A stretch of 32,295 nt of DNA, from NCBI RefSeq assembly GCF_006345805.1, contig NW_021832896.1, positions 1 through 32,295 of the forward strand, in the 5' to 3' direction. Origin of the DNA: Octopus sinensis (taxonomy: Eukaryota). Positions 10,860 to 24,200 of this stretch are shown here, piece after piece. The translations under genes were made by a program, and so were the position numbers. The notes under the pieces are model-generated. The model was not told the DNA's origin. It made no database searches and worked only from the letters and a program-made list of their open reading frames with translations. Every line of letters begins with the position of its first letter. Within the stretch, counting starts at the first letter, position 1.

Positions 10860-13800
10860 ATTTTCTAACCTGAAAACTTTTGAGAATTTAGTGATGTCTT
10901 CGATAAATATAAGCTTATTATCACCCATATAGCTTATATTTACCTAACAGAACACAAAATTGTTTTTTGTTTTTCAAGTACACATTTGAAATATTTTGAC
11001 ATTTTCTAACCTGAAAACTTTTGAGAATTTAGTGATCTCTTGGATAAACATAAGCTTATTATCACTCATATAGCTTATATTTACCTAACAGAACACAAAA
11101 TTGTTTTTTGTTTTTCAAGTACATATTTGAAATATTTTGACATTTTGAAACCTGAAAACTTTTGAGAATTTAGGGATCTTGTGGATAAGTATAAGCTTAT
11201 TATCACTCATATAGCTTATATTTTCGTAAGTGACAACGAAAATTTTTTTGTTTTTCAAGTACACATTTGAAATATTTTGACATTTTCTAACCCGAAAACG
11301 TTTGAGAATTTAGCGATCTCTTGGATAAATATAAGCTTATTATCACTCATATAGCTTATATTTTCATAAGAGACAACGAAATTTTTTTTTGTTTTTCAAG
11401 TACACATTTGAAATATTTTGACATTTTCTAAACTGAAAACTTTTGAGAATTTAGTGATCTCTTGGATAAATATAAGCTTATTATCACTCATATAGCTTAT
11501 ATTTTCCCATGAGACAACGAAATTGTTTTTTGTTTTTCAAGTACACATTTGAAATATTTTGACATTTTCTAACATGAAAACTTTTGAGAATTTAGTGATC
11601 ACTTGGATAAATACAAGCTTATTATCTCTCATATAGCTTATTCTTACCTAATAGATCACAAAATTTTTTTTTGTTTTTCAAGTACACATTTGAAATATTT
11701 TGACATTTTCTAACCTGAAAACTTTTGAGAATTTAGTGATCTCTTGGATAAGTATAACCTTCTTATCTCTCTTATAGCTTATATTTACCTAACAGATCAC
11801 AAAATTGTTTTTTGTTTTTCAAGTACACATTTGAAATATTTTGACATTTTCTAACCTGAAAACTTTTGAGAATTTAGTGATCACTTGGGTAAATATAAGC
11901 TTATTATCTCTCATATAGCTTATTCTACCTAATAGATCACAATTTTTTTTGTTTTTCAAGTACACATTGAAATATTTTGACATTTTCTAACCTGAAAACT
12001 TTGAGAATTTAGTGATCTCTGGATAAATATAAGCTTATATATCACTCATATAGCTTATATTTACCTAACAGACAACAATTTTTTTTTGTTTTTGAAGTAC
12101 ACATTTGAAATATTTTGACATTTTCTAACCGAAATCTTTTGAGAATTTAGTGATCGTGTCTTCGAAATATAAGCTTATTATCACCCATATAGCTTATATT
12201 TACCTAACAGAACACAAAATGTTTTTTTGTTTTTCAAGTACACATTTGAAATATTTTGACATTTTTAACCTGAAAACATTTGAGAATTTAGTGATCTCTT
12301 GGATAAATATAAGCTTATTATCACTCATATAGCTATATTTCTAACAGACACAAATTGTTTTTTGTTTTTCAAGTACATATTTGAAATATTTTGACATTTT
12401 GTAACCTGAAAACCTTTGAGAATTTAGTGATCTTTTGGATAAGTATAAGCTTATTATCACTCATATAGCTTATATTTTCGTAAGTGACAACGAAAATTTT
12501 TTTGTTTTTCAAGTACACATTTGAAATATTTTGACATTTTCTAACCCGAAAACTTTTGAGAATTTAGCGATCTCTTGGATAAATATAAGCTTATTATCAC
12601 TCATATAGCTTATATTTTCATAAGAGACAACGAATTTTTTTTTGTTTTTCAAGTACACATTTGAAATATTTTGACATTTCTAACCTGAAAACTTTTGAGA
12701 ATTTGTATCTCTTGCTTGGATAAATAAAGCTTATTATCACTCATATAGCTTATATTTTCCCATGAGACAACGAAATTGTTTTTTGTTTTTCAAGTACACA
12801 TTTCAAATATTTTGACATTTTCTAACATGAAAACTTTTGAGAATTTAGTGAACACTTGGATAAATACAAGCTTATTATCTCTCATATAGCTTATATTTAC
12901 CTAACAGATCACAAAATTTTTTTTTGTTTTTCAAGTACACATTTGAAATATTTTGACCTTTTCTAACCTGAAAACTTTTGAGAATTTAGTGATCTCTTGG
13001 ATAAATATAAGCTTATTATCACTCATATAGCTTATATTTACCTAACAGACAACAAAATTTTTTTTTGTTTTTCAAGTGCACATTTGAAATATTTTGACAT
13101 TTTCTAACCTGGAAACTTCTTAGAATTTAGTGATCTCCTTGATAAATATAATCTTATTATCTCACATATAGCTTATATTCACCTAACAGACAACACAATT
13201 TTTTTTGTTCTTCAAGTACACATTTGAAATATTTTGAAATTTTCTAACCTGAAAACTTTTGAGAATTTAGTGATCTCTTGGATAAATATAAGTTTATTAT
13301 CACTCATATAGCTTATAGTTACCTAAAAGACAACAAAATTTTTTTTTGTTTTTGAAGTACACATTTGAAATATTTTGACATTTCTAACCGAAATCTTTTG
13401 AGAATTTAGTGATCTCTTGGATAAATATAAGCTTATTATCACTCATATAGCTATATTTTCTAAGAGACAACGAAATTTTTTTATTTTTGAAGTACACATT
13501 TGAAATATTTTGACATTTTCTAACATGAAAACTTTTGAGAATTTAGTGATCATTGGATAAATATAAGCTATTATCTCTCATATAGCTTATTCTTACCTAA
13601 TAGATCACAAAATTTTTTTTGTTTTTCAAGTACACATTTGAAATATTTTGACATTTCTAACCTGAAAACTTTGAGAATTTAGTGATCTCTTGATAAGTAT
13701 AAGCTTATTATCACTCATATAGCTTATATTTACCTAACAGATCACAAAATTTTTTTTTGTTTTTCAAGTACACATTTGAAATATTTTGACATTTTCTAAC

Positions 13801-15460
13801 CTGAAAACTTTGAGAATTTAGTGATCTCTTGGATAAATATAAGCTTATTATCACTCATATAGCTTATTTTACCTAATAGATCACAAATTTTTTTTGTTTT
13901 TCAAGTACACATTTGAAATATTTTGACATTTCTAACCTGAAAACTTTTGAGAATTTAGTGATCTCTTGGATAAATATAAGCTTATTATCACTCATATAGC
14001 TATATTACCTAACAGACACAAAATTTTTTTTTGTTTTTGAAGTACACATTTGAAATATTTTGACATTTTCTAACCGAAAACTTTGAGAATTTAGTGATCT
14101 CTGCGATAAATATAAGCTTATTATCACTCATATAGCTTATATTTACCTAACAGAACACAAAATTGTTTTTTGTTTTTCAAGTACACATTTGAAATATTTT
14201 GACATTTTCTAACCTGAAAACATTTGAGAATTTAGTGATCTCTTGGATAAATATAAGCTTATTATCACTCATATAGCTTATATTTACCTAACAGAAACAA
14301 AATTTTTTTTTGTTTTTCAAGTACACATTTGAAATATTTTGACATTTTCTAACCTGAAAACTTTTGAGAATTTAGTGATCTCTTGGATAAATATAAGCTT
14401 ATTATCACTCATATAGCTTATATTTTCGTAAGTGACACGAAATTTTTTTTGTTTTTCAAGTACACATTTGAAATATTTTGACATTTTCTAACCTGAAAAC
14501 TTTTGAGAATTTAGTGATCTCTTGGATAAATATAAGCTTATTATCACTCATATAGCTTATATTTTCCTAAGAGACAACGAAATTTTTTTTGTTTTTCAAG
14601 TACACATTTGAAATATTTTGACATTTTCTAACCTGAAAACTTTTGAGAATTTAGTGATCTCTTGGATAAATATAAGCTTATTATCACTCATATAGCTTAT
14701 ATTTTCCTAAGAGACAACGAAATTTTTTTTGTTTTTCAAGTACACATTTGAAATATTTTGACATTTTCTAACCTGAAAACTTTTGAGAATTTAGTGATCT
14801 CTTGGATAAATATAAGCTTATTATCACTCATATAGCTTATATTTACCTAACAGATCACAAAATTTTTTTTTGTTTTTCAAGTACACATTTGAAATATTTT
14901 GACATTTTCTAACCTGAAAACTTTTGAGAATTTAGTGATCTCTTGGATAAATATAAGCTTATTATCACTCATATAGCTTATTATTACCTAACAGACAACA
15001 AATTTTTTTTTTGTTTTTCAAGTACACATTTGAAATATTTTGACATTTTCTAACCTGAAAACTTTTGAGAATTTAGTGATCTCTTGATAAATATAATCTT
15101 ATTATCTCACATATAGCTTATATTCCTAACAGACAACACAATTTTTTTTTGTTTTTCAAGTACACATTTGAAATATTTTGAAATTTTCTAACCTGAAAAC
15201 TTTTGAGAATTTAGTGATCTCTTGGATAAATATAAGTTTATTATCACTCATATAGCTTATAGTTACCTAAAAGACAACAAAATTTTTTTTTGTTTTTGAA
15301 GTACACATTTGAAATATTTTGACATTTTCTAACCCGAAATCTTTTGAGAATTTAGTGATCTCTTGGATAAATATAAGCTTATTATCACTCATATAGCTTA
15401 TATTTTCCTAAGAGACAACGAAATTTTTTTTATTTTTGAAGTACACATTTGAAATATTTT
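10860..15460 (-). repeat. Overlapping 9-monomer (~1.26 kb) and 14-monomer (~1.95 kb) duplications
   Basis: TCACCCATAT at 10921/12181; TTTTCGTAAGTGAC at 11221/12475/14423; AACATGAAAA at 11571/12825/13522; ATCTTATTATCTCACAT at ~13151/~15097. Confidence 0.75.
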
Positions 15461-16319
15461 GACATTTTATAACCTGAAAACTTTTGAGAATTTAGTGATC
15501 TCTTGGATAAATATAAGCTTTTTTTCACTCATATAGCTTATATTTACCTAACAGACAACAAATTTTTTTTTTTTTTTGAAGTACACATTTGAAATATTTT
15601 GACATTATCTAACCGAAAACTTTTGAGAATTTAGTGATCTCTTGGATAAATATAAGCTTATTATCACTCATATAGCTTATATTTTCCTAAGAGACGACGA
15701 AATTTGTTTTATTTTTCAAGTACACATTTGAAATATTTTGACATTTTCTAACCTGAAAACTTTTGAGAATTTAGTGATCTCTTGGATAAATATAAGCTTC
15801 TTATCACTCATATAGCTTATATTTACATAAAAGATCACAAATTTTTTTTTTGTTTTTCAAGTTCACATTTGAAATATTTTGACATTTTATAACCTGAAAA
15901 CTTTTGAGAATTTAGTGATCTCTTGGATAAATATAAGCTTATTATCACTCATATAGCTTGTAATTACCTAACAGACAACAAATTTTTTTTTGTTTTTCAA
16001 GTACACATTTGAAATATTTTGACATTTTCTAACCTGAAAACTTTTGAGAATTTAGTGATCTCTTGGATGAGCTAATTATCACTCATGTAGCATATATTTA
16101 CCTTACAGATCACAAAATTCTTTTTTGTTTTTCAAGTACACATTTGTAATATTTTGAATTTTTCTAACCTGAAAACTTTTGAGAATTTAGTGATCTCTTG
16201 GGTAAATATAAGCTTATTATCACACTATTACTTATATTTATCTAAGATCACAAAATTTTTTTTTGTTTTTCAAGTACACATTTGAAATATTTTGACATTT
16301 TCTAACCTGAAAACTTTTG

Positions 16320-18170
16320 AGAATTTAGTGATCTCTTGGATAAGCTTATTATCATTCATATAGCTTATATTTACCTAACGGATCACAAAATTTTTTTTTT
16401 ATTCAAGTACACATTTGAAATATTTTGAATTTTCTAGACTGAAAACTTTTGAGAAGTTAGTGATCTGTTGGATAAATATAAGCATATTATCATTCATATA
16501 GCTTATATTTACGTTACAGATGACAAAATTTTTTTTTGTTTTTCAAGTACACATTTGAAATATTTTGACATTTTCTAACCTGAAAACTTTTGAGAATTTA
16601 GTGATCTCTTGATAAGCTTATTATCATTCATATAGCTTATATTTACCTAACGGATCACAAAATTTTTTTTTTATTCAAGTACACATTTGAAATATTTTGA
16701 ATTTTCTAACTGAAAACTTTTGAGAAGTTAGTGATCTGTTGGATAAATATAAGCATATTATCATTCATATAGCTTATATTACCTTAACAGATGAACAAAA
16801 TTTTTTTTTGTTTTTCAAGTAGATATTTGAAATATTTTGACATTTTCTAACCTGAAAAGCTTATAGTTACCTAACAGAACACAAAATTTTTTTTTGTCTT
16901 TCAAGTACACATTTGAAATATTTTGACATTTTCTAACCTGAAAAATATGAGAATTTAGTGATCTCTTGGATAAATATAAGCTTATTATCACTCATATAGC
17001 TTATATTTACCTAAAAGAAAAAAAAAATTTTTTTTGTTTTTCAAGTACACATTTGAAATATTTTGACATTTTCTAACCTGAAAACTTCTTAGAATTTAGT
17101 GATCTCCTTGATAAATATAAGCTAATTATCTCTCATATAGCTTATATTCACCTAACAGACAACAAAATTTATTTTGTTCTTCCAGTACAGATTTGAAATA
17201 TTTTGAAATTTTCTAACCTGAAATCTTTTGAGAATTTAGTGATCTCTTGGATAAATATAAGCTTATTATCACTCATATAGCTTATATTTAACTAACAGAT
17301 CTCAAAATTTTTTTTTGTTATTCAAGTAAACATAGGAAATATTTTGAATTTTCTAACCTGTAAACTTTTGAGAATTTAGTGATCTCTTGGGTAAATATAA
17401 GCTTATTATCACTCAGTTAACTTATATTTATCTAATAGATCAGAAATTTTTTTTTTGTTTTTCAAGTACACATTTGAAATATTTTGATTTTTTCTAACCT
17501 GAAAATTTTTGAGAATTTAGTGATCTCTTGGATAAATATAAGCATATTATCACTCATATAGCTTATATTTACACACTGAAATCTTCTTTAAATATTTTGA
17601 AATATTTTGACAATTTCTAAACTGAAAACTTTTGAGAATTTAGTGATCTCTTGGATAAGCTAATTATCACTCATATAGCTTATATTTACCTAACGGATCA
17701 CAAAATTTTTTTTTTTCACGTACACATTTGAAATATTTTGAATTTTCTAAACTGAAAACGTTTGAGAAATTAGTGATCTGTTGGATAAATATAAACGTAT
17801 TATCACTCATATAGCTTATATTTACCTTACAGATGACAAAATTTTTTTTCTTTTTTCAAGTACACATTTGAAATATTTTGACATTTTCTAAACTGAAAAC
17901 TTTTGAAAATTTAGTTATCTCTTGGATAAGCTTATTATCACTCATATAGCTTATATTTACCTAACGGATCACAAAATTTTTTTTTTTCAAGTACACATTT
18001 GAAATATTTTGAATATTCTAAACTGAAAACTTTTGAGAAATTAGTGATCTCTTGGATAAATATAAGCTTATTATCACTCATATAGCTTATATTTACCTTA
18101 CAGATCACAAAATTTTTTTTTGTTTTTCAAGTACACATTTGAAATATTTTGACATTTTCTAACCTGAAAA
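16320..18170 (-). repeat. Two pairs of a ~272-bp dimer (6-bp-deleted monomer with TAACGGATC plus a partner monomer)
   Basis: GATAAGCT...TAACGGATCAC units occur at ~16340, ~16612, ~17655 and ~17925. Each is followed by a GAGAAGTTAG or GAGAAATTAG variant unit. Confidence 0.7.
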
Positions 18171-18299
18171 CTTTTGATAAATTATTGATCTCTTGGATGA
18201 GCTTATTATCACTCATATATCTTATAGTTACCTAACAGATCACAAATTTTTTTTTGTCTTTCAAGTACACATTTGAAATATTTTGACATTTTCTAACCT

Positions 18300-21200
18300 G
18301 AAATGTTTTGAGAATTTAGTGATCTCTTGGATATATATATCAGCTTATTATCACTCATATAGCTTATATGTACCTAACAGATCACAAATTTTTTTTTGTT
18401 TCTCAAGTACACATTTGCAATATTTTGAATTTTCTAAACTGAAAACTCTTGAGAATTTAGTGATCTCTTGGGTAAATATAAGCTTATTATCACTCAGTTA
18501 ACTTATATTTATCTAACAGATCACAAAATTTTTTTTGTTTTTCAAGTACACATTTGAAATATTTTGACATTTTCTAACCTGAAAACTTTTGAGAATTTAG
18601 TGATCTCTTGGATAAATATAAGCTTATTATCACTCATATAGCTTATATTCACCTAACATACCACAAATTTTTTTTTTGTCTTTCAAGTACACATTTGAAA
18701 GGTTTTGACATTTTCTAACCTCAAAACTTTTGAGAAGTTAGTGTTCTCTTGGATAAATATAAGCTTATTATCACTCATATAGCTTATATTTACCAAAGAG
18801 TGAACAAAAATTTTTTTTGTTTTTCAAGTACACATTTGAAATATTTTGACATTTTCTAACCTGAAAACTTTTGAGAATTAGTGATCTCTTGGATGAGCTT
18901 ATTATCACTTATATAGCTTATATTTACCTTACAGACCACAGAATTTTTTTTTGTTTTTCAAGTACACATTTGAAGTAATTTGACATTTTCTAACCTGAAA
19001 ACTTTTGAGAATTTAGTGATCTCTTGGAAAAATATAAGCTTATTATCACTCATAGCTTATATTTACCCAACAGATCACAAAATTTTTTTTGTTTTCAAGT
19101 AGACATTTGAAATATTTTGACATATTCTAACCTGAAAACTTTTGAGAATTTAGTGATCTCTTGGATAAATATAAGCTTATTATCACTCATATAGCTTATA
19201 TTTACCTAAGAGATAACAAATTTTTTTTTTGTTTTTCAAGTACACATTTGAAATATTTTGAAATTTTCTAACCTGAAAACTTTTGAGAATTCAGTGATCT
19301 CTTGCATAAAGATAAGCTTATTATCGCTCATATAGCTAATATTTACCTAACAGATCACAAAATTTTATTTTGTTTTTCAAGTACACATTTGAAATAATTT
19401 GACTTATTCTAACCTGAAAACTTTTGACAATTTAGTGATCTCTTGGATAAATATAAGATTATTATCACTCATATAGCTTATATTTACCTAAAAGATCACA
19501 AATTTTTTTTTGTTTTTCAAGTAAACATTTGAAATATTTTGTCATATTCTAACCTGAAAACTACTGAGAATTTAGTGATTCTTTGATAAATATAAGCTAT
19601 TATCACTCATATAGCTTATATTTCCCTAATAGATCACAAAATTTTTTTTTGTTTTTCAAGTACACATTTGACATTTTGACTTTTCTAACCTGAAAACTTT
19701 TGAGAATTTAGTGATCTCTTGGATAAATATAAGCTTATTATCACTCAGTTAACTTATATTTATCAACAGATCACAAAATATTTTTTTTCTTTTTCAAGTA
19801 CACATTTGAAACATTTTGAAATTTTCTAACCTGAAAACTTTTGAGAATTTAGTGATCTCTTGGATAAATAAGCTTATTATCACTCAGTTAACTTATATTT
19901 ATCTGACAGATCACAAATTTTTTTTTGTTTTTCAAGTAGACATTTGAAATATTTTGACATTTTCTAACCTGAAAACTTTTGAGAATTTAGTGATCTCTGG
20001 GATAAATATAAGCTTATTATCACTCATATAGCTTATAGTTACCTAACAGATCACAAAATTTTTTTTTGTCTTTGAAGTACAAATTTGAAATATTTTGACA
20101 TTTTCTAACCTGAAAATTTTTCAGAATTTAGTGATCTCTTGGATAAATATAAGCTTTATATCACTCATATAGCTTATATTTACCTTACAGATCACATTTT
20201 GAATTTTCTAAAGTGAAAACTTTTAAGAATTTAGTGATCTCTTGGATAAGCTTATTATCACTCATATAGCTTATATTTACCTAACAGATCACAAAATTTT
20301 TTTTTGTTTTTCAAGTACACATTTGAAATAATTTGACATTTTCTAACCTGAAAACTTTTGAGAATTTAGTGATCTCTTGGGTAAATATATACTTATTATC
20401 ACTCAGTTAACTTATATTTATCTAACAGATCATAAATTTTTTTTTTGTTTTTCAAGTACACATTTGAAATATTTTGACATTTTCTAACCTGAAAACTTTT
20501 GAGAATGTAATGATCTCTTAGATAAATATAAGCTTATTATCACTCATATAGCTTATATTTACCTAACAGACAACAAATTTTTTTTTCTTTTTCAAGTACA
20601 CGTTTGAAATATTTGACATTTTCTCACCTGAAAACTTTTAGAATTTAGTGATCTCTTGGATAAATATAAGCTTATTATCACTCATATAGCTTATATATAC
20701 CTAACAGATCACAAAATACTTTTTTTGTCTTTGAAGTACACATTTGAAATATTTTGACATTTTCTAACCTGAAAACTTTTGAGAATTTAGTGATTTCTTG
20801 GATAAATATAAGCTTTTTATCACTCATATAGCTTATATTTACCTTACAGATCACATTTTGAATTTTCTAAACTGAAAACTTTTAAGAATTTAGTGATCAC
20901 TTGTGTAAATATATGCTTATTATCACTCAGTTAACTTATTTTATCTAACAGATCATAAATTTTTTTTTGTTTTTCAAGAAACATTTTGAAATATTTTGTA
21001 TTTTCTAACCTGAAAACTTTTGAGAATTTAATGATCTCTTGGATAAATATAAGCTAATTATCAACATATAGCTTATATTTACCTAACAGACAACAAATTT
21101 TTTTTTCTTTTTCAAGTACACATTTGAAATATTTGACATTTTCTTGCCTGAAAACTTTTTAGAATTTAGTGATCTCTTGGTAAATATAAGCTTATTATCA

Positions 21201-24200
21201 CTCATATAGCTTATATTTACTAAGAGATAACAAATTTTTTTTGTTTTTCAAGTACACCATTTGAAATATTTTGAAATTTTCTAACTGAAAACTTTTGAGA
21301 ATTCAGTGATCTCTTGGATAAGATAAGCTTATTATCACTCATATAGCTAATATTTACTAACAGATCACAAATTTTTTTTGTTTTCAAGTACACATTTGAA
21401 ATATTTTGAATTATTCTAACCTGAAAACTTTTGACAATTTAGTGATCTCTTGGATAAATATAAGATTATTATCACTCAGCTATATTAATAGTAAATTTTA
21501 TTCCCTAAAAGATCACTCTTTTTTTTTGTTTTTCAAACATTAAGTCAATTGGAATATTTGTCATATTCTAACCTGAAAACTACTGAGAATTTAGTGATCT
21601 CTTTGATAAATATAAGCATATTATCACTCATATAGCTTATATTTCCCTAATAGGTCACAAAATTTTTTTTTGTTTTTCAAGTACACATTTGAAATATTTT
21701 GACTTTTTCTAACCTGAAAACTTTTGAGAATTTAGTGATCTCTTGGATAAATATAAGCTTATTATCACTCAGTTAACTTATATTTATCTAACAGATCACA
21801 AAATATTTTTTTTTGTTTTTCAAGTACACATTTGAAACATTTTGAAATTTTCTAACCTGAAAACTTTTGAGAATTTAGTGATCTCTTGGATAAACATAAG
21901 CTTATTATCACTCAGTTAACTTATATTTATCTGACAGATCACAAATTTTTTTTTGTTTTTCAAGTAGACATTTGAAATATTTTGACATTTTCTAACCTGA
22001 AAACTTTTGAGAATTTAGTGATCTCTGGGATAAATATAAGCTTATTATCACTCATATAGCTTATAGTTACCTAACAGATCACAAAATTTTTTTTTGTCTT
22101 TGAAGTACAAATTTGAAATATTTGACATTTCTAACCTGAAAGTTTTGAGAATTTAGTGATCTCTTGGATATATATATCAGCTTATTATCACTCATATAGC
22201 TTATATGTACCTAACAGATCACAAATTTTTTTGTTTTTCAAGTACACATTTGAAATATTTTGAATTTTCTAACCTGAAAACTTTTGAGAATTTAGTGATC
22301 TCTTGGGTAAATATAAGCTTATTATCACTCAGTTAACTTATATTTATCTAACAGATCACAAAATTTTTTTTTGTTTTTCAAGTACACATTTGAAATATTT
22401 TGACATTTTCTAACCTGAAAACTTTTGAGAATTTAGTGATCTCTTGGATAAATATAAGCTTATTATCACTCATATAGCTTATATTCACCTAACATACACA
22501 AATTTTTTTTTGTCTTTCAAGTACACATTTGAAAGGTTTTGACATTTTTAACCTCAAAACTTTTGAGAAGTTAGTGTTCTCTTGGATAAGATTAAGCTTA
22601 TATCACTAAGCTTATAGCTTATATTTCCCAAAGAGTGAACAAAAATTTTTTTTGTTTTTCAAGTACACATTTGAAATACTTTGACATTTTCTAACCTGAA
22701 AACTTTTGAGAATTAGTGATCTCTTGGATGAGCTATTATCACTTATATAGCTTATATTTACCTTACAGACCACAGAATTTTTTTTTTTTTCAAGTACACA
22801 TTTGAAGTAATTTGACATTTTCTAACCTGAAAACCTTTGAGAATTTAGTGATCTCTTGGAAAAATATAAGCTTATTATCACTCATATAGCTTATATTTAC
22901 CCAACAGATCACAAAATTTTTTTTTGTTTTTCAAGTAGACATTTGAAATATTTTGACATATTCTAACCTGAAAACTTTTGAGAATTTAGTGATCTTGGAT
23001 AAATATAAGCTTATTATCACTCATATAGCTTATATTTACCTAAGAGATAACAAATTTTTTTTTGTTTTTCAAGTACCATTTGAAATATTTTGAAATTTTC
23101 TAACCTGAAAACTTTTGAGAATTCAGTGATCTCTTGCATAAAGATAAGCTTATTATCGCTCATATAGCTAATATTTACCTAACAGATCACAAAATTTTAT
23201 TTTGTTTTTCAAGTACACATTTGAAATAATTTGACTTATTCTAACCTGAAAACTTTTGACAATTTAGTGATCTCTTGGATAAATATAAGATTATTATCAC
23301 TCATATAGCTTATATTTACCTAAAAGATCACAAATTTTTTTTTGTTTTTCAAGTAAACATTTGAAATATTTTGTCATATTCTAACCTGAAAACTACTGAG
23401 AATTTAGTGATCTCTTTGATAAATATAAGCATATTATCACTCATATAGCTTATATTTCCCTAATAGATCACAAAATTTTTTTTTGTTTTTCAAGTACACA
23501 TTTGAAATATTTTGACTTTTTCTAACCTGAAAACTTTTGAGAATTTAGTGATCTCTTGGATAAATATAAGCTTATTATCACTCAGTAAACTTATATTTAT
23601 ATAACAGATCACCAAATATTTTTTTTGTTTTCAAGTAACATTTGAAACATTTTTGAATTTTCTAACCTGAAAACTTTTGAGAATTTAGTGATCTCTTGGA
23701 TAAACATAAGCTTATTATCACTCAGTTAATATATTTATCTGACAGATCACAAATTTTTTTTGTTTTTCAAGTAGACATTTGAAATATTTTGACATTTTCT
23801 AACCTGAAAACTTTGAGAATTTAGTGATCTCTGGGATAAATATAAGCTTATTATCACTCATATAGCTTATAGTTACCAACAGATCACAAAATTTTTTTTT
23901 GTTTTTGAAGTACAAATTTGAAATATTTGACATTTTCAACCTGAAAATTTTTCAGAATTTAGTGATCTCTTGGATAAATATAAGCTTTATTCACTCATAT
24001 AGCTTATATTTACCTTACAGATCACATTTTGACATTTTCTAACTGAAAACTTTTAAGAATTTAGTGATCTCTTGGATAAGCTTATTATCACTCATATAGC
24101 TTATATTACCTAACAGATCACAAAATTTTTTTTTGTTTTTCAAGTACACATTTGAAATAATTTGACATTTTCTAACCTGAAAACTTTTGAGAATTTAGTG

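Noticed and set aside
21475-21560. Garbled sequence that looks like an insertion (also ~22590-22620 and ~24845-24875)
   Set aside because: Sister higher-order-repeat copies (~19465-19550, ~23295-23380) are regular and the patch still aligns loosely, so local consensus error is more likely.
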